DNA of 48,607 nucleotides, taken from a virus (taxonomy: Duplodnaviria > Heunggongvirae > Uroviricota > Caudoviricetes). Shown piece after piece: positions 11,549 through 20,582 of this stretch. Numbering within the stretch: the first letter of the stretch is position 1; every line of letters begins with the position of its first letter. Made by a program: the position numbers and the translations under genes. Below the pieces are notes generated by a model. It did no database searches and was not told the origin of the DNA. It saw only the letters and a program-made list of their open reading frames with translations. The stretch covers positions 97,932-146,538 of the IMG/VR virus record IMGVR_UViG_3300031992_000025; one strand, given 5' to 3'.

Positions 11549-12766
11549 ATGAGAGATTTTACAGATAGCTTATTTGAAGACTTAGTAGATAATAATATTA
11601 AAAATCTTACTGATGTGCCTGGTGCTACAAAGTTATTAAATGATGTAGTGGCACGTATTTCTTTAGTTTTATATAATGATTTTAATAAATTAGCTATTTT
11701 TTCAGAAGATGGTTTAATTGTAAACAATATTTGGGAGTATAGTTTAGTTTTTAATAGCTATGAAGAATTACCTTCTTTTATAAATTTCTTAGAAAAATTA
11801 AATAAATATTTAACAGACTATTATATAGGACATGATTATAGTTATATACGTCCAGTAAAAGATATTAAGTCCAATGAAAATAATATTTATACTGAATGGC
11901 AGCTGGCTGATAATGCCTCTCAAAAAGCTAAGGATCAGTTTAATAATGTATTAAGTTTTATTGAAGATAAAGATGCTTATCTAAAAAATTTATTAAAAAA
12001 AGTAATAAATAATGATAAAGTAGAAATAAGCTTAACTACTACTACTCCAACAACTTATACTAATAATGATTTTAATTTAACTATTTCTATTAAGATTAAC
12101 TTAGCAGCCTTTGACTCAGCTGTAAATATTTGTCAAGAGCTAGATACTGCAGACACAAAAGAAATATTAGCTTATTTAATAGCTAATCAGGCTAAATATT
12201 TTACAACTTCAAGTATTTTAGAATATATTAACAAGTATGTTGATCATAACTATGGAAAATACTTTAAAAATGGTGTCAGTTTGTTTCAATATCTGATTAA
12301 TGCACTCAATCAAGAAGTAGATTTAGTTGTTGCAAATCCTAAAAAAGTAAATCCATTTAAAAAAGATAGCTTAGGAAAATTATTGCCGAGAAAATTAGTT
12401 ACAGGCGACCCAGATTTAACGTTAAGCCTTAGTAATAATGAACTTACTGCTGATGCTAAAATTTATGGTGAAAATGTAGTTTCTCGTTATGAGACAAATC
12501 ATATAAGCGATTATTTATTTGCTGTTCAACAAGGTAGCAGTTCATACTGGGCTATTTATACAAAAGCAGATAATTATAAAGAAGAATATAGTCCAGCTGA
12601 AATAAAATTATTTGCAGATAATAAATTAGTATTTCCAAATATTACTTTAGTTAAATTTAGATCTGAAAATAATAGATCAATTAGTGCAGATAAAATTTCA
12701 GATGAGCAACTTCCTAAATTTGTTAGTGTAAATATTGAACAACTTAATATAGAAGAAAAACTATAA
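11549..12766 (+). CDS. hypothetical protein (405 aa)
   Basis: Long ORF with AGGAG RBS; Asn/Lys-rich with no recognised motif. Confidence 0.7.
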   Translation: MRDFTDSLFEDLVDNNIKNLTDVPGATKLLNDVVARISLVLYNDFNKLAIFSEDGLIVNNIWEYSLVFNSYEELPSFINFLEKLNKYLTDYYIGHDYSYIRPVKDIKSNENNIYTEWQLADNASQKAKDQFNNVLSFIEDKDAYLKNLLKKVINNDKVEISLTTTTPTTYTNNDFNLTISIKINLAAFDSAVNICQELDTADTKEILAYLIANQAKYFTTSSILEYINKYVDHNYGKYFKNGVSLFQYLINALNQEVDLVVANPKKVNPFKKDSLGKLLPRKLVTGDPDLTLSLSNNELTADAKIYGENVVSRYETNHISDYLFAVQQGSSSYWAIYTKADNYKEEYSPAEIKLFADNKLVFPNITLVKFRSENNRSISADKISDEQLPKFVSVNIEQLNIEEKL

Positions 12767-13260
12767 TGGCTTATTATATTAGCTACTTCCAGCAACTTAG
12801 ATTTTTTGATAAAACTTGTATTCCAATTGACACAAGTTTTAAGGCACCGTATTGGCTAGATCCAAGTAATGGCACTAAACAATATTTAAATGAAAATCAA
12901 GTTATGATTGGCATTAAAGAAGAAAGTTTTTTAATGACAGAAGATGAAATTCCAGAAGAAATGTGTGCTGGTAGGCCATGTCAGTATGAAAATAAGTGGC
13001 CTCATTGTCAGTTTTTAGAAGCTTATTGGAAGCATTTACAAAAAATAGACTTCGATGGCTATTTGATTCCAGAATTAAATAGAATAGCTGAAGAGGTCAG
13101 AAAAATTACTCATTATGAAGGTGAGCCAAAAATCATTTTAATGGTTCATGAAAAACCTGATAATCCGTGCTCAGAAAGAGGCCCATTAATTAGGCTTTTT
13201 AAAGAGCATAATATTGAATTGAAGGAATGGGCAAAAGAGAATTCTGGTTTAATATTTTAA
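12766..13260 (+). CDS. hypothetical protein, weakly DUF488-like
   Basis: YISYF..P.W and IILMVHEKPDNPCSER resemble DUF488-type motifs; family call is uncertain. Confidence 0.45.
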   Translation: MAYYISYFQQLRFFDKTCIPIDTSFKAPYWLDPSNGTKQYLNENQVMIGIKEESFLMTEDEIPEEMCAGRPCQYENKWPHCQFLEAYWKHLQKIDFDGYLIPELNRIAEEVRKITHYEGEPKIILMVHEKPDNPCSERGPLIRLFKEHNIELKEWAKENSGLIF

Positions 13261-13281
13261 GGGCTAAAAAGCTCTTTTTTA

Positions 13282-13291
13282 TTGTATAATA
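13282..13291 (+). promoter_or_regulatory. TTGTATAATA promoter fused to a short hairpin/T-tract
   Basis: GGGC-TAAAAA-GCTC-T7-ATTGTATAAT, with ATG 5 nt downstream. Confidence 0.6.
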
Positions 13292-13295
13292 ATAT

Positions 13296-13553
13296 ATGAA
13301 TATATTTTTAATTATAATTGGTGCTATTTTATTGCTCATTTGTGGACCATTGTTTCTGGCTACACATACAGCAACTAAAAATCAAGATAATTGGAATGAT
13401 TTTTATAAGTTAGTAGAAGAAAAAAATCTACCGGCTTCTGAAGATACTATTTACCATTTGGTGTGTAAAATGAATTTTTGGTTTATGCTTGGAGTTATTC
13501 TAGGTTTATTTTTATTAACAGGTGGTATTATATTACAAATAACACTAAAATAA
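13296..13553 (+). CDS. small membrane protein (2 hydrophobic segments)
   Basis: Hydrophobic N- and C-terminal stretches. Confidence 0.7.
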   Translation: MNIFLIIIGAILLLICGPLFLATHTATKNQDNWNDFYKLVEEKNLPASEDTIYHLVCKMNFWFMLGVILGLFLLTGGIILQITLK

Positions 13554-13566
13554 GAAAGGAAATTTT

Positions 13567-13746
13567 ATGAAGACAACATTAGTTTATGGGTTTACTACTG
13601 AAGAAATTGAGGCATTAAGCAAAGCAGGTAAAATTTTAGGCGAATTATCAGCAGCTTTTAATGAACCAAGTGATACTGAAAGAGCCTTAGATGAGACTAC
13701 TAAAGGGTTAATTGCTGCTTTAAAAGATGTTTTAGGAAGATTTTAA
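13567..13746 (+). CDS. hypothetical protein (59 aa, MKTTLVYGF...; not in ORF track)
   Basis: AAAGGA RBS, ATG 13567, TAA 13746; fills the operon gap. Confidence 0.7.
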   Translation: MKTTLVYGFTTEEIEALSKAGKILGELSAAFNEPSDTERALDETTKGLIAALKDVLGRF

Positions 13747-13748
13747 TT

Positions 13749-13889
13749 ATGACAAGTAGAGAGCAATATATTCGCAGAAGATTAATGGAATTAGCTTTAA
13801 TCGCAGAAACACGCACTTTAGATGATGTCGAAATGCGCGAAGAAGAAAGGCTTGAAAAAGAATTAGAAACTATTTCTGGAACCAAATAA
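13749..13889 (+). CDS. hypothetical protein (46 aa, MTSREQYIRRRL...; not in ORF track)
   Basis: ATG 13749; TAATG coupling to the next gene. Confidence 0.65.
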   Translation: MTSREQYIRRRLMELALIAETRTLDDVEMREEERLEKELETISGTK

Positions 13890-14260
13890 TGTCAGAAATT
13901 CATAGAAATTTAGAAGAAGTTACAAATAAAGCATTAAAAACAGGCGAAAAAATTGTAACTATAGATTGTCCATGCTGTGGTAAAACTTTTTATGCTACAG
14001 AAAGTGAAGCAGCTTATGAGCAAGCTAACCCAGCAGATACATCAAGTCTTGTTGGAATACAACTTGGTAGAAAATGTCCTTACTGTGGTTTTTCTGGCGG
14101 TTATATTGCTAATTCAATTAAAGATCAACAAGTAGAAAAAATGCGTGTTGAAATGCAGGCAGAGCAAATGGCCCAAGAAGCTGCTGATAAAAGGCAGGCT
14201 TCGTGGTCTGTAATAAATAATATGGGCATTAATTTTGTAGACCCAAAGGGAGAAGAATAA
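13889..14260 (+). CDS. Zn-ribbon protein
   Basis: CPCC and CPYC pairs. Confidence 0.7.
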   Translation: MSEIHRNLEEVTNKALKTGEKIVTIDCPCCGKTFYATESEAAYEQANPADTSSLVGIQLGRKCPYCGFSGGYIANSIKDQQVEKMRVEMQAEQMAQEAADKRQASWSVINNMGINFVDPKGEE

Positions 14261-15867
14261 TGAAAAATATTTTAGATATAACAAAAGGTCTTGGTATTCC
14301 TGATGAATATATAATTCCATATGGTTGGGACAAAGCTAAGATTGATTTAAAGTATAAAGAAGAATTAAAAAATAAAAAAGATGGCAAGTTAGTTTTAGTT
14401 ACTGCTATTACTCCAACAAAAGCTGGTGAAGGTAAAACAACAACTACTATTGGTCTTCATGATGGTTTAAGACGAATTGGAGTTAACTCATTAGCTGTTT
14501 TAAGAGAGCCAAGTTTAGGCCCAGTATTTGGAGTTAAAGGTGGTGCCGTTGGGGCCTTAAAGTCAACTATTATTCCAAGTGATGATATTAATCTTCATTT
14601 CACAGGTGATTTTCATGCTTTAACTTCTACCATTAATTTAATTGCAGCAATTATTGAAAATTCAGTATTTCAAGGTAATAAATTAAATATTAACCCAGAT
14701 AGAATTGTCTGGACTAGGGCCCTTGATATGAATGATAGGTCTCTTAGAGACATTACTGTTACAAGCTCTGACTCTAAGCATTCAATTACTCATAAATCAG
14801 AATTTGTTATTACAGTTGCTTCTGAACTTATGGCTATTTTCTGTATTGCTAATGATGAAGAAGAATTTTTAGACCGAACTGAAAAAATTATTGTTGCATA
14901 TACTTTTGATGAAAAGCCAATTACAGTTAAAGACTTAAATATTCGTGGTGCAATTAAAAAGTTAATGCATACTGCTATGAACCCAAATATTGTTCAAACT
15001 CTTGAAGAAAACCCTGTTTTAGTTCATGGTGGTCCATTTGCTAATATCGCTCATGGCTGTAATTCTGTAATTGCTACAAAACTTGGCTTAAAACTTGCTG
15101 ATGTAGTTGTCACTGAGGCCGGATTCGGTGCTGACCTTGGTGCAGAAAAATTCTTAGATATTAAATGTCAAAGAGCAGGTCTTAAACCAGATGCAATCGT
15201 CTTAGTTGCTACAGTTAGAGCTCTTAAACTTCATGGTGGAGTCAAATTTGATGACTTAGATAAAGAAAATGTTGAAGCAATGAAAGCTGGCATTTGTAAT
15301 CTTAAAAAGCATGCTGAAAATATGACTAGATATGGAGTGCCTGTTGTCATTACTGCAAATAGATTTCCAAGCGATACTGATGCAGAAATTGCAGAATTAA
15401 AAGCTTGGTGCATAGAAAATGGTTATAGATTTGCATTAAATGAAGGTGCTATTAAAGGCTCAGAAGGTGCTGTTGAATTAGCAACCACAGTTAAAAAAGT
15501 ATTAGATACTATTGAAGCAAACTTTACTCCTTTATACCCAATTGGTGATGAAAGCTATTCAATTAGAGATAAAATTGGCTTAATTTGTCAAAAAATATAT
15601 GGTGCCGGTAATGTCGTTTATACTGATTTAGCTAATGAACAAATAAATAAATATCAAGATATGGGTTATAGAGGCTTAGCTGTTTGTATGGCTAAAACTC
15701 CAAACTCTTTAACTGATGATGCAAAAGTCTTAGGCGCTCCAACTGGCTTTACTGTTACAGTTAGAGAAGTTAGACTTTCTGCTGGCGCTGGCTTTATTGT
15801 TCCACTTACTGGTGCTGTAATGACTATGCCAGGTCTTCCTAAAGAGCCACTTGCCTGTAAAATGTAG
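14260..15867 (+). CDS. fhs: formate--tetrahydrofolate ligase
   Basis: TAITPTKAGEGKTTT, LREPSLGPVFGVKGGA, LHFTGDFHA, HGGPFANIAHGCNS, VTEAGFG and TMPGLP motifs. Confidence 0.97.
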   Translation: MKNILDITKGLGIPDEYIIPYGWDKAKIDLKYKEELKNKKDGKLVLVTAITPTKAGEGKTTTTIGLHDGLRRIGVNSLAVLREPSLGPVFGVKGGAVGALKSTIIPSDDINLHFTGDFHALTSTINLIAAIIENSVFQGNKLNINPDRIVWTRALDMNDRSLRDITVTSSDSKHSITHKSEFVITVASELMAIFCIANDEEEFLDRTEKIIVAYTFDEKPITVKDLNIRGAIKKLMHTAMNPNIVQTLEENPVLVHGGPFANIAHGCNSVIATKLGLKLADVVVTEAGFGADLGAEKFLDIKCQRAGLKPDAIVLVATVRALKLHGGVKFDDLDKENVEAMKAGICNLKKHAENMTRYGVPVVITANRFPSDTDAEIAELKAWCIENGYRFALNEGAIKGSEGAVELATTVKKVLDTIEANFTPLYPIGDESYSIRDKIGLICQKIYGAGNVVYTDLANEQINKYQDMGYRGLAVCMAKTPNSLTDDAKVLGAPTGFTVTVREVRLSAGAGFIVPLTGAVMTMPGLPKEPLACKM

Positions 15868-15876
15868 GAGAAAACT

Positions 15877-16068
15877 ATGACAGTTGAGTTAACAAAAGAA
15901 GAATTAAAGCTAGTTAAGATGTGTGTTGTAGATAAAGGTGCAAAAATGCTTGCAAATTATTATAACCCAGAAGAGCAAGACACAAAATTTTTACTTAGAT
16001 GTAAAGAGCTATATCAACAATGTGATAAACTTCAAAAAAAGCTGGAGGCAATATATGCAAATAATTAA
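15877..16068 (+). CDS. hypothetical protein (63 aa)
   Basis: AGGAG RBS; lies between fhs and folD. Confidence 0.7.
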   Translation: MTVELTKEELKLVKMCVVDKGAKMLANYYNPEEQDTKFLLRCKELYQQCDKLQKKLEAIYANN

Positions 16069-16843
16069 AGAATATGTAGCTGCGAAAAAAGAAAGAATTA
16101 GACATGATTTAATTGGGGCAACTCCACTAAAGATGGTTATTGTTCAAGTAGGTCATGTCCCAGCATCTGATAGATATGTTAGAAATAAAGCCAAAGATGC
16201 TAATGAAGTTAATATTGACTGTGAAATTAACAACCTTCCAGAAGACATTCCAGAGGAGGAATTATTAAAGCTTTTACAAGGCTTAAACGAAGACGAAGGT
16301 GTTATAGGTTATTTAGTTCAATTACCGCTTCCAAAACATATCTCTGAAGAAAAAGTTAAACTTGCTATTGCTCCTGAAAAAGATATTGATGGCTTCCACC
16401 CATTATCTAAAACAGTTCCAGCAACTCCTCTTGGAATTTATAATTATTTAAAAGACATGAAGTATGAATTCAAAGGTAAGAATGCTGTTGTTATTGGTAG
16501 AAGCAATATTGTCGGTAAACCAATGGCGCAATTATTATTAAAAGAAAGTATGAATGTCACAGTTTTACATTCAAAAACAAGTGAAGCTGATAAAGCATTT
16601 TACTTAAAACATGCTGATTTAATTGTTGTTGCTACAGGCCATGAGCACACACTATCTTCTAAATATAAACTAAAAGCACGTGCAATAGTATTTGATGTCG
16701 GAATTAATGTCGGAGAAGATGGAAAACTTCATGGAGACTGCGACCCAGACCTTCATGTAAAATTCCAGAGTCCGGTCCCCGGTGGTGTCGGGCTTCTGAC
16801 AAGAATTGCAGTCATTGATAATTTAATAGAGCTTAGTAAATAA
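16055..16843 (+). CDS. folD: methylenetetrahydrofolate dehydrogenase/cyclohydrolase (start revised to 16055)
   Basis: YVRNK, LVQLPLP, EKDIDGFHP, PATP.G, VIGRSNIVGKP, DVGIN and PVPGGVGLLT motifs; GGAGG RBS before 16055. Confidence 0.95.
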   Translation: MQIIKEYVAAKKERIRHDLIGATPLKMVIVQVGHVPASDRYVRNKAKDANEVNIDCEINNLPEDIPEEELLKLLQGLNEDEGVIGYLVQLPLPKHISEEKVKLAIAPEKDIDGFHPLSKTVPATPLGIYNYLKDMKYEFKGKNAVVIGRSNIVGKPMAQLLLKESMNVTVLHSKTSEADKAFYLKHADLIVVATGHEHTLSSKYKLKARAIVFDVGINVGEDGKLHGDCDPDLHVKFQSPVPGGVGLLTRIAVIDNLIELSK

Positions 16844-16851
16844 GCTCTTTT
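16828..16851 (+). terminator. intrinsic terminator
   Basis: AGAGCTTA-GTAAA-TAAGCTCT stem plus T tract at the folD end. Confidence 0.75.
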
Positions 16852-16856
16852 ATTTT

Positions 16857-16868
16857 GCTAAATTATAT
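16857..16868 (+). promoter_or_regulatory. GCTAAATTATAT late-type promoter motif
   Basis: Occupies the same position before ATATTGAGGT as GTATAAT does at 8492; recurs at 19102, 23056 and 47745. Confidence 0.6.
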
Positions 16869-16882
16869 TGAGGTTTGTGCTT

Positions 16883-17602
16883 ATGGAATATAAAAGACTA
16901 AATTTTGAAGACTATTTTACAATTTGCTCACGTAATTGAAACCATATTGAAACTGATTTAGAGTTAGCAGAATATGAGCAAGTTAAATATACTTATAAAA
17001 AGCGTGAATTTATTGCTGAATATCAAGTAAGATTTGATGAAGCACGTAATTGTATTCAAGTTATTTTGCAAGAAACTAATGAACAATCTGATTGAATTGT
17101 TAATTTTAGTTTTCCAAAAAAGATTTATGATAAATTTACCTATGAAGGTGAAGTTATTCAGTTAAAAGCTCACGGTGGCTGGAGCAGAATGTGGCTTGCT
17201 CTCCAAGATATTGTTAGAGAAAAAGTCAGAGATTTATTATTAAAACACCCAGGCTGCTTTATTGAAGTATTTGGCTGGTCTCTTGGTTCAGGAATTGCAA
17301 GCTTAGCTGCAGAAGATATTCACTTTAAATTTGGAGTAAAACCTTATTTATATACTTATGGAAGTGTTAAGCCATTCTTTGGCAAAAAGACTTTAAATTA
17401 TGTTAGAAGTTGTTGTGAAAAAGCATACAATTTCTATGATCATTGTGATGTTGTTGGCTACATGGTGCCATTTTTAGGCTGAGGTGCAATTAATCATTAT
17501 AAAGTTAAATTAGAAAAGCATTTCTGCATTACTAAATTATTTAACCCAATGAAATATCATACACAATATCACACACCAGAGCTTTATACCGAGGTTGAGT
17601 AA
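16883..17602 (+). CDS. class 3 lipase-like alpha/beta hydrolase, 239 aa with 3 TGA=Trp
   Basis: SDW(TGA)IVN, AHGGW, nucleophile elbow GWSLG, YTYGS, DVVGYMVP and a C-terminal His. TGA at 16937, 17093 and 17480; TAA at 17602. Confidence 0.75.
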
Positions 17603-17604
17603 TT

Positions 17605-18009
17605 ATGGAATTTTTTGAAGCATTAAAAACATTTATTATTGATACACGTAGTGAAGGCTTAAAAGAAGTTACTGGCACCCAGTTAACAGATGAGTATTTT
17701 GCTCATAATGAGGGCCAGTATTCAAAATGGCACATTTCTGATATTGCAAGTGGTCTAGCTATAGCAGTTAAGCTTCCAACATTAGCGGCTTGTAAAGAAT
17801 GAATTAAAAATATTGATGATGAGACTTTAGCTAAGATTGAATCTGCAAAGTTAACTGACAAATATAAAGCGCAATGTGATAAAGTTGCAGCTTTTAAAAC
17901 TAAAACAGTTGAGTCATTTGATTTTATGGAAGCTTTTGAAGCCCTAGATGATTTAGAAAAAGATAGTGAACAAAAGTTATTTGGAGATGAACTAGGATGC
18001 AGCTTATAG
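17605..18009 (+). CDS. hypothetical protein, 134 aa with 1 TGA=Trp
   Basis: The frame continues past TGA 17800 to TAG 18009, filling the gap and overlapping the next start. Confidence 0.7.
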
Positions 18010-18782
18010 AGAGTTTACCAAAGATCTCAGAAAATAGGGTTATAGAGATTGTCCATAAGTGTATGGAGCAACTAAGTGCTATAAGCCCAGATTTTTTATT
18101 AACTACAGATGACTTTGAATTTGGCGGTTTATTCGAAGCTACTGGTCTTCAAGGTCAAACTAGTCTTGGACAAACTGATGGCAAATTTAAACAAGTAGTT
18201 ACTTTCAATGCAAATATGTTTAGAGAAGGCCTTGAAGATATTTATTTAAATACCATATATCATGAATTTTTACATGTTATTGTAAATAAATATATGATTT
18301 TAAATAATATTATTGCTTTAGATAAAAATGGTCAATTAAAAATTAATAATAAAAAATTTTTTGAATCCGTAGAAGATAATAAGGGTCATGGCGGACTTTG
18401 GCTTGAATACGCAGTCAGAGCAAATAAAGTTTTAAATTTAACTATTCCAATTACACCTTATTGCTCAGATGCTAGTATGCAAAAAGTGCTAGATTCAAGC
18501 TTAGACGATTATGAAGAGCCAGCAATTGAAATTGTTTGTCAAGATTGTGGCGCCGGTAATAAATTTTTAACTGTTAATGTAGAAGAATTGCCAGGTGGAT
18601 TTGGCCTACTTGCAATGTACTATGATACTGTGCATAAAAATATAAATCACTTCTGTAAAAAATGTAATGGAACAATGTATATTATAATAAGGGATCCAAA
18701 GTTTAAAGCATTTATGGACGACGCCTTAGATGCTCATGCTATGGAATTAATGTTGTATAAAATTACATCGCAGTTTGCATAG
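17997..18782 (+). CDS. SprT-like zinc metalloprotease
   Basis: TIYHEFLH (HExxH), GHGGLW and C-terminal CQDC/CKKC. Confidence 0.7.
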   Translation: MQLIESLPKISENRVIEIVHKCMEQLSAISPDFLLTTDDFEFGGLFEATGLQGQTSLGQTDGKFKQVVTFNANMFREGLEDIYLNTIYHEFLHVIVNKYMILNNIIALDKNGQLKINNKKFFESVEDNKGHGGLWLEYAVRANKVLNLTIPITPYCSDASMQKVLDSSLDDYEEPAIEIVCQDCGAGNKFLTVNVEELPGGFGLLAMYYDTVHKNINHFCKKCNGTMYIIIRDPKFKAFMDDALDAHAMELMLYKITSQFA

Positions 18783-18791
18783 GAGAGTACT

Positions 18792-19097
18792 ATGGACAAA
18801 ATATTTATAGAGCATAAAGACTATCTCCCAGATGGTTGGACATTTGAAAAAATTGAAAAATTATTAGAAGCAAAACAATTAAAGCCGCTCACAAAAGAGG
18901 CGTTATCTGAAATTGTTTCAGAAGAATGCTTAAATATGACTGAAGATGAGTTAATGGAATATCTTGCTAAATATGAGAAAGATAAGCAAATAATTCCACC
19001 TCATATGGCTACTTATCAGCCACAAATGTCATATGCAGAAGGTCTTGATGAAAACGATGAATTAAATCAAGATTTTCCAGAGCCAGAAGACAAATAA
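18792..19097 (+). CDS. acidic hypothetical protein
   Basis: AGGAG RBS; 101 aa. Confidence 0.7.
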   Translation: MDKIFIEHKDYLPDGWTFEKIEKLLEAKQLKPLTKEALSEIVSEECLNMTEDELMEYLAKYEKDKQIIPPHMATYQPQMSYAEGLDENDELNQDFPEPEDK

Positions 19098-19101
19098 ATT
19101 G

Positions 19102-19110
19102 GCTAAATTA
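19102..19110 (+). promoter_or_regulatory. GCTAAATTA late-type promoter motif
   Basis: Exact motif copy with no substantial ORF downstream before a terminator. Confidence 0.5.
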
Positions 19111-19258
19111 AATGAGCATATGAGTGCTCAAAACAAGATAAAATATCAACGATATTTAACTTAAAAGATACTGTAAATGATACTTAAAAAGATACTATTG
19201 CATTATTTATATTAAGTTGAATATCGCTCGAAAAAATTGAGCGATATTTTATTTTTAT
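19111..19258 (+). ncRNA. candidate structured small RNA (alternatively an origin/operator region)
   Basis: Lies between the motif and a strong terminator. 14-bp stem 19151-19164/19212-19225 enclosing three GATACT repeats; terminal hairpin 19220-19248. Confidence 0.35.
19220..19256 (+). terminator. intrinsic terminator
   Basis: AATATCGCTC...GAGCGATATT perfect 10-bp stem followed by TTATTTTT. Confidence 0.75.
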
Positions 19259-19280
19259 ACACATTTTAAGACAAATATTA

Positions 19281-19290
19281 TTGTATAATA
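19281..19290 (+). promoter_or_regulatory. TTGTATAATA promoter of the dut-dnaC-dnaB-primase operon
   Basis: Recurrent motif followed by an AAAGGA RBS. Confidence 0.65.
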
Positions 19291-19314
19291 TTATGATTGA
19301 AAGGACGCCTTAAT

Positions 19315-19881
19315 ATGCAATTTATTAAAACAAGAGATGTTAAAGACCCAGTTAGAAACCAATTAGAGAATGCTGGAATTGATTTTTATATTCCAGAAAA
19401 CAATGAAAAATTTAGATTATCACTTTGTGATAAAAATGCAACATTACGTATTGCAACATCAGTAGACGATCATGCTCATATTAAAGAGTATATAAAAGAA
19501 AATTTAAGTTATTTTACATATGATACCGGTATAATTTACATTGCTCCACACAGAGCTATTATTATTCCAACAGGTATTAAGAGTAAATTTGGTCCAGAAT
19601 TAGCTTTAATTGCTAATAATAAATCTGGCATTGCAACTAAAAAACAACTTATCTTTGGTGCTTCAGTTATTGACTGTAGCTATCAAGGTGAATGGCATAT
19701 TAATTTAATTAACACATCTGATGAATATCAGACTTTAGAATGTGGCACAAAAGCAGTTCAATTTATTCCACATTTGATTTCAACGGACCCAGTTGAAATT
19801 GTTGATTTGCCAGAAGAAGAGTTTTATACAGAAAAAACTAGCAGAGGCGACGGTTGGCAAGGCAGCACTGGTCTAAAATAG
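19315..19881 (+). CDS. dut: trimeric dUTPase
   Basis: AGIDF, IIPTGI, NKSG (RSG-like), VIDCSYQGE and RGDGWQGSTG motifs. Confidence 0.9.
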   Translation: MQFIKTRDVKDPVRNQLENAGIDFYIPENNEKFRLSLCDKNATLRIATSVDDHAHIKEYIKENLSYFTYDTGIIYIAPHRAIIIPTGIKSKFGPELALIANNKSGIATKKQLIFGASVIDCSYQGEWHINLINTSDEYQTLECGTKAVQFIPHLISTDPVEIVDLPEEEFYTEKTSRGDGWQGSTGLK

Positions 19882-19891
19882 GAGGAAGTCT

Positions 19892-20581
19892 ATGGTAGAA
19901 AATTGTCCATACAAAAATAAATGTAATGGTGTCGATTGTGACAAAGATTTTTGTATGCGTAAATATAGATTAGATTGTCTATATGATAAGTCTTTGTTAA
20001 CAGAAAAACAACGCCAAGTCGGTAAACTTTTTATTGATCAAGATGGCACAGACTTACATGAATTTCAACAACTTGCAAAATTAGAGCAAAATATTGATAA
20101 GTTCGTTGAATCAGGCGCTAGTTTATATATTCACTCATATAATTGTGGTAATGGAAAAACATCTTGGAGTATTAGATTAATGACGTCATATTTTGATAAA
20201 ATATGGTATAAGTCTAATTTTGATTGCCAAGCATTATTTATTAGTGTTCCAAGATATTTATTAGCTTTAAAAGAAAGTATTTCAGGTAAAAATGAATATG
20301 CTGATACAGTTAACAAACATGTTTTAGAAGCAGACTTGGTTGTCTGGGATGACATCGCTACAAAAATGGGAACTGAATTTGAGTTAAATCATCTATTAAA
20401 TATAATTAATACGCGTATGGACAGTGGTAAAAGTAATATTTTCACTTCAAACCTTGGCAATAAAGAGCTTATTAATGCTCTTGGTGAAAGATTAGCAAGT
20501 AGAATATGTAATAAGTCAATTGATATTGAGCTACACGGTGCTGACAAACGTTATTTAAGCGTAGTCGGAGGAGAAGAATAA
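19892..20581 (+). CDS. DnaC/IstB-like helicase loader ATPase with N-terminal Cys cluster
   Basis: CGNGKT Walker A, VWDD Walker B, FTSNL and RLASRI; adjacent to the helicase. Confidence 0.8.
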   Translation: MVENCPYKNKCNGVDCDKDFCMRKYRLDCLYDKSLLTEKQRQVGKLFIDQDGTDLHEFQQLAKLEQNIDKFVESGASLYIHSYNCGNGKTSWSIRLMTSYFDKIWYKSNFDCQALFISVPRYLLALKESISGKNEYADTVNKHVLEADLVVWDDIATKMGTEFELNHLLNIINTRMDSGKSNIFTSNLGNKELINALGERLASRICNKSIDIELHGADKRYLSVVGGEE

Positions 20582-20582
20582 T

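Noticed and set aside
15938-16054. N-terminal extension of FolD in the track (similar extensions at 19297, 29310, 34537, 35435, 38893, 39281, 41972 and 43478)
   Set aside because: Downstream ATGs have proper RBS or stop-start coupling; the extensions overlap upstream genes or promoters.
19112-19141. 9-codon uORF containing TGA (MSI-W-VLKTR) as a recoding sensor for the 19.1-kb hairpins
   Set aside because: It is attractive, but has no SD and starts only 1 nt after the promoter motif, probably upstream of the TSS; it is also a chance-sized ORF.
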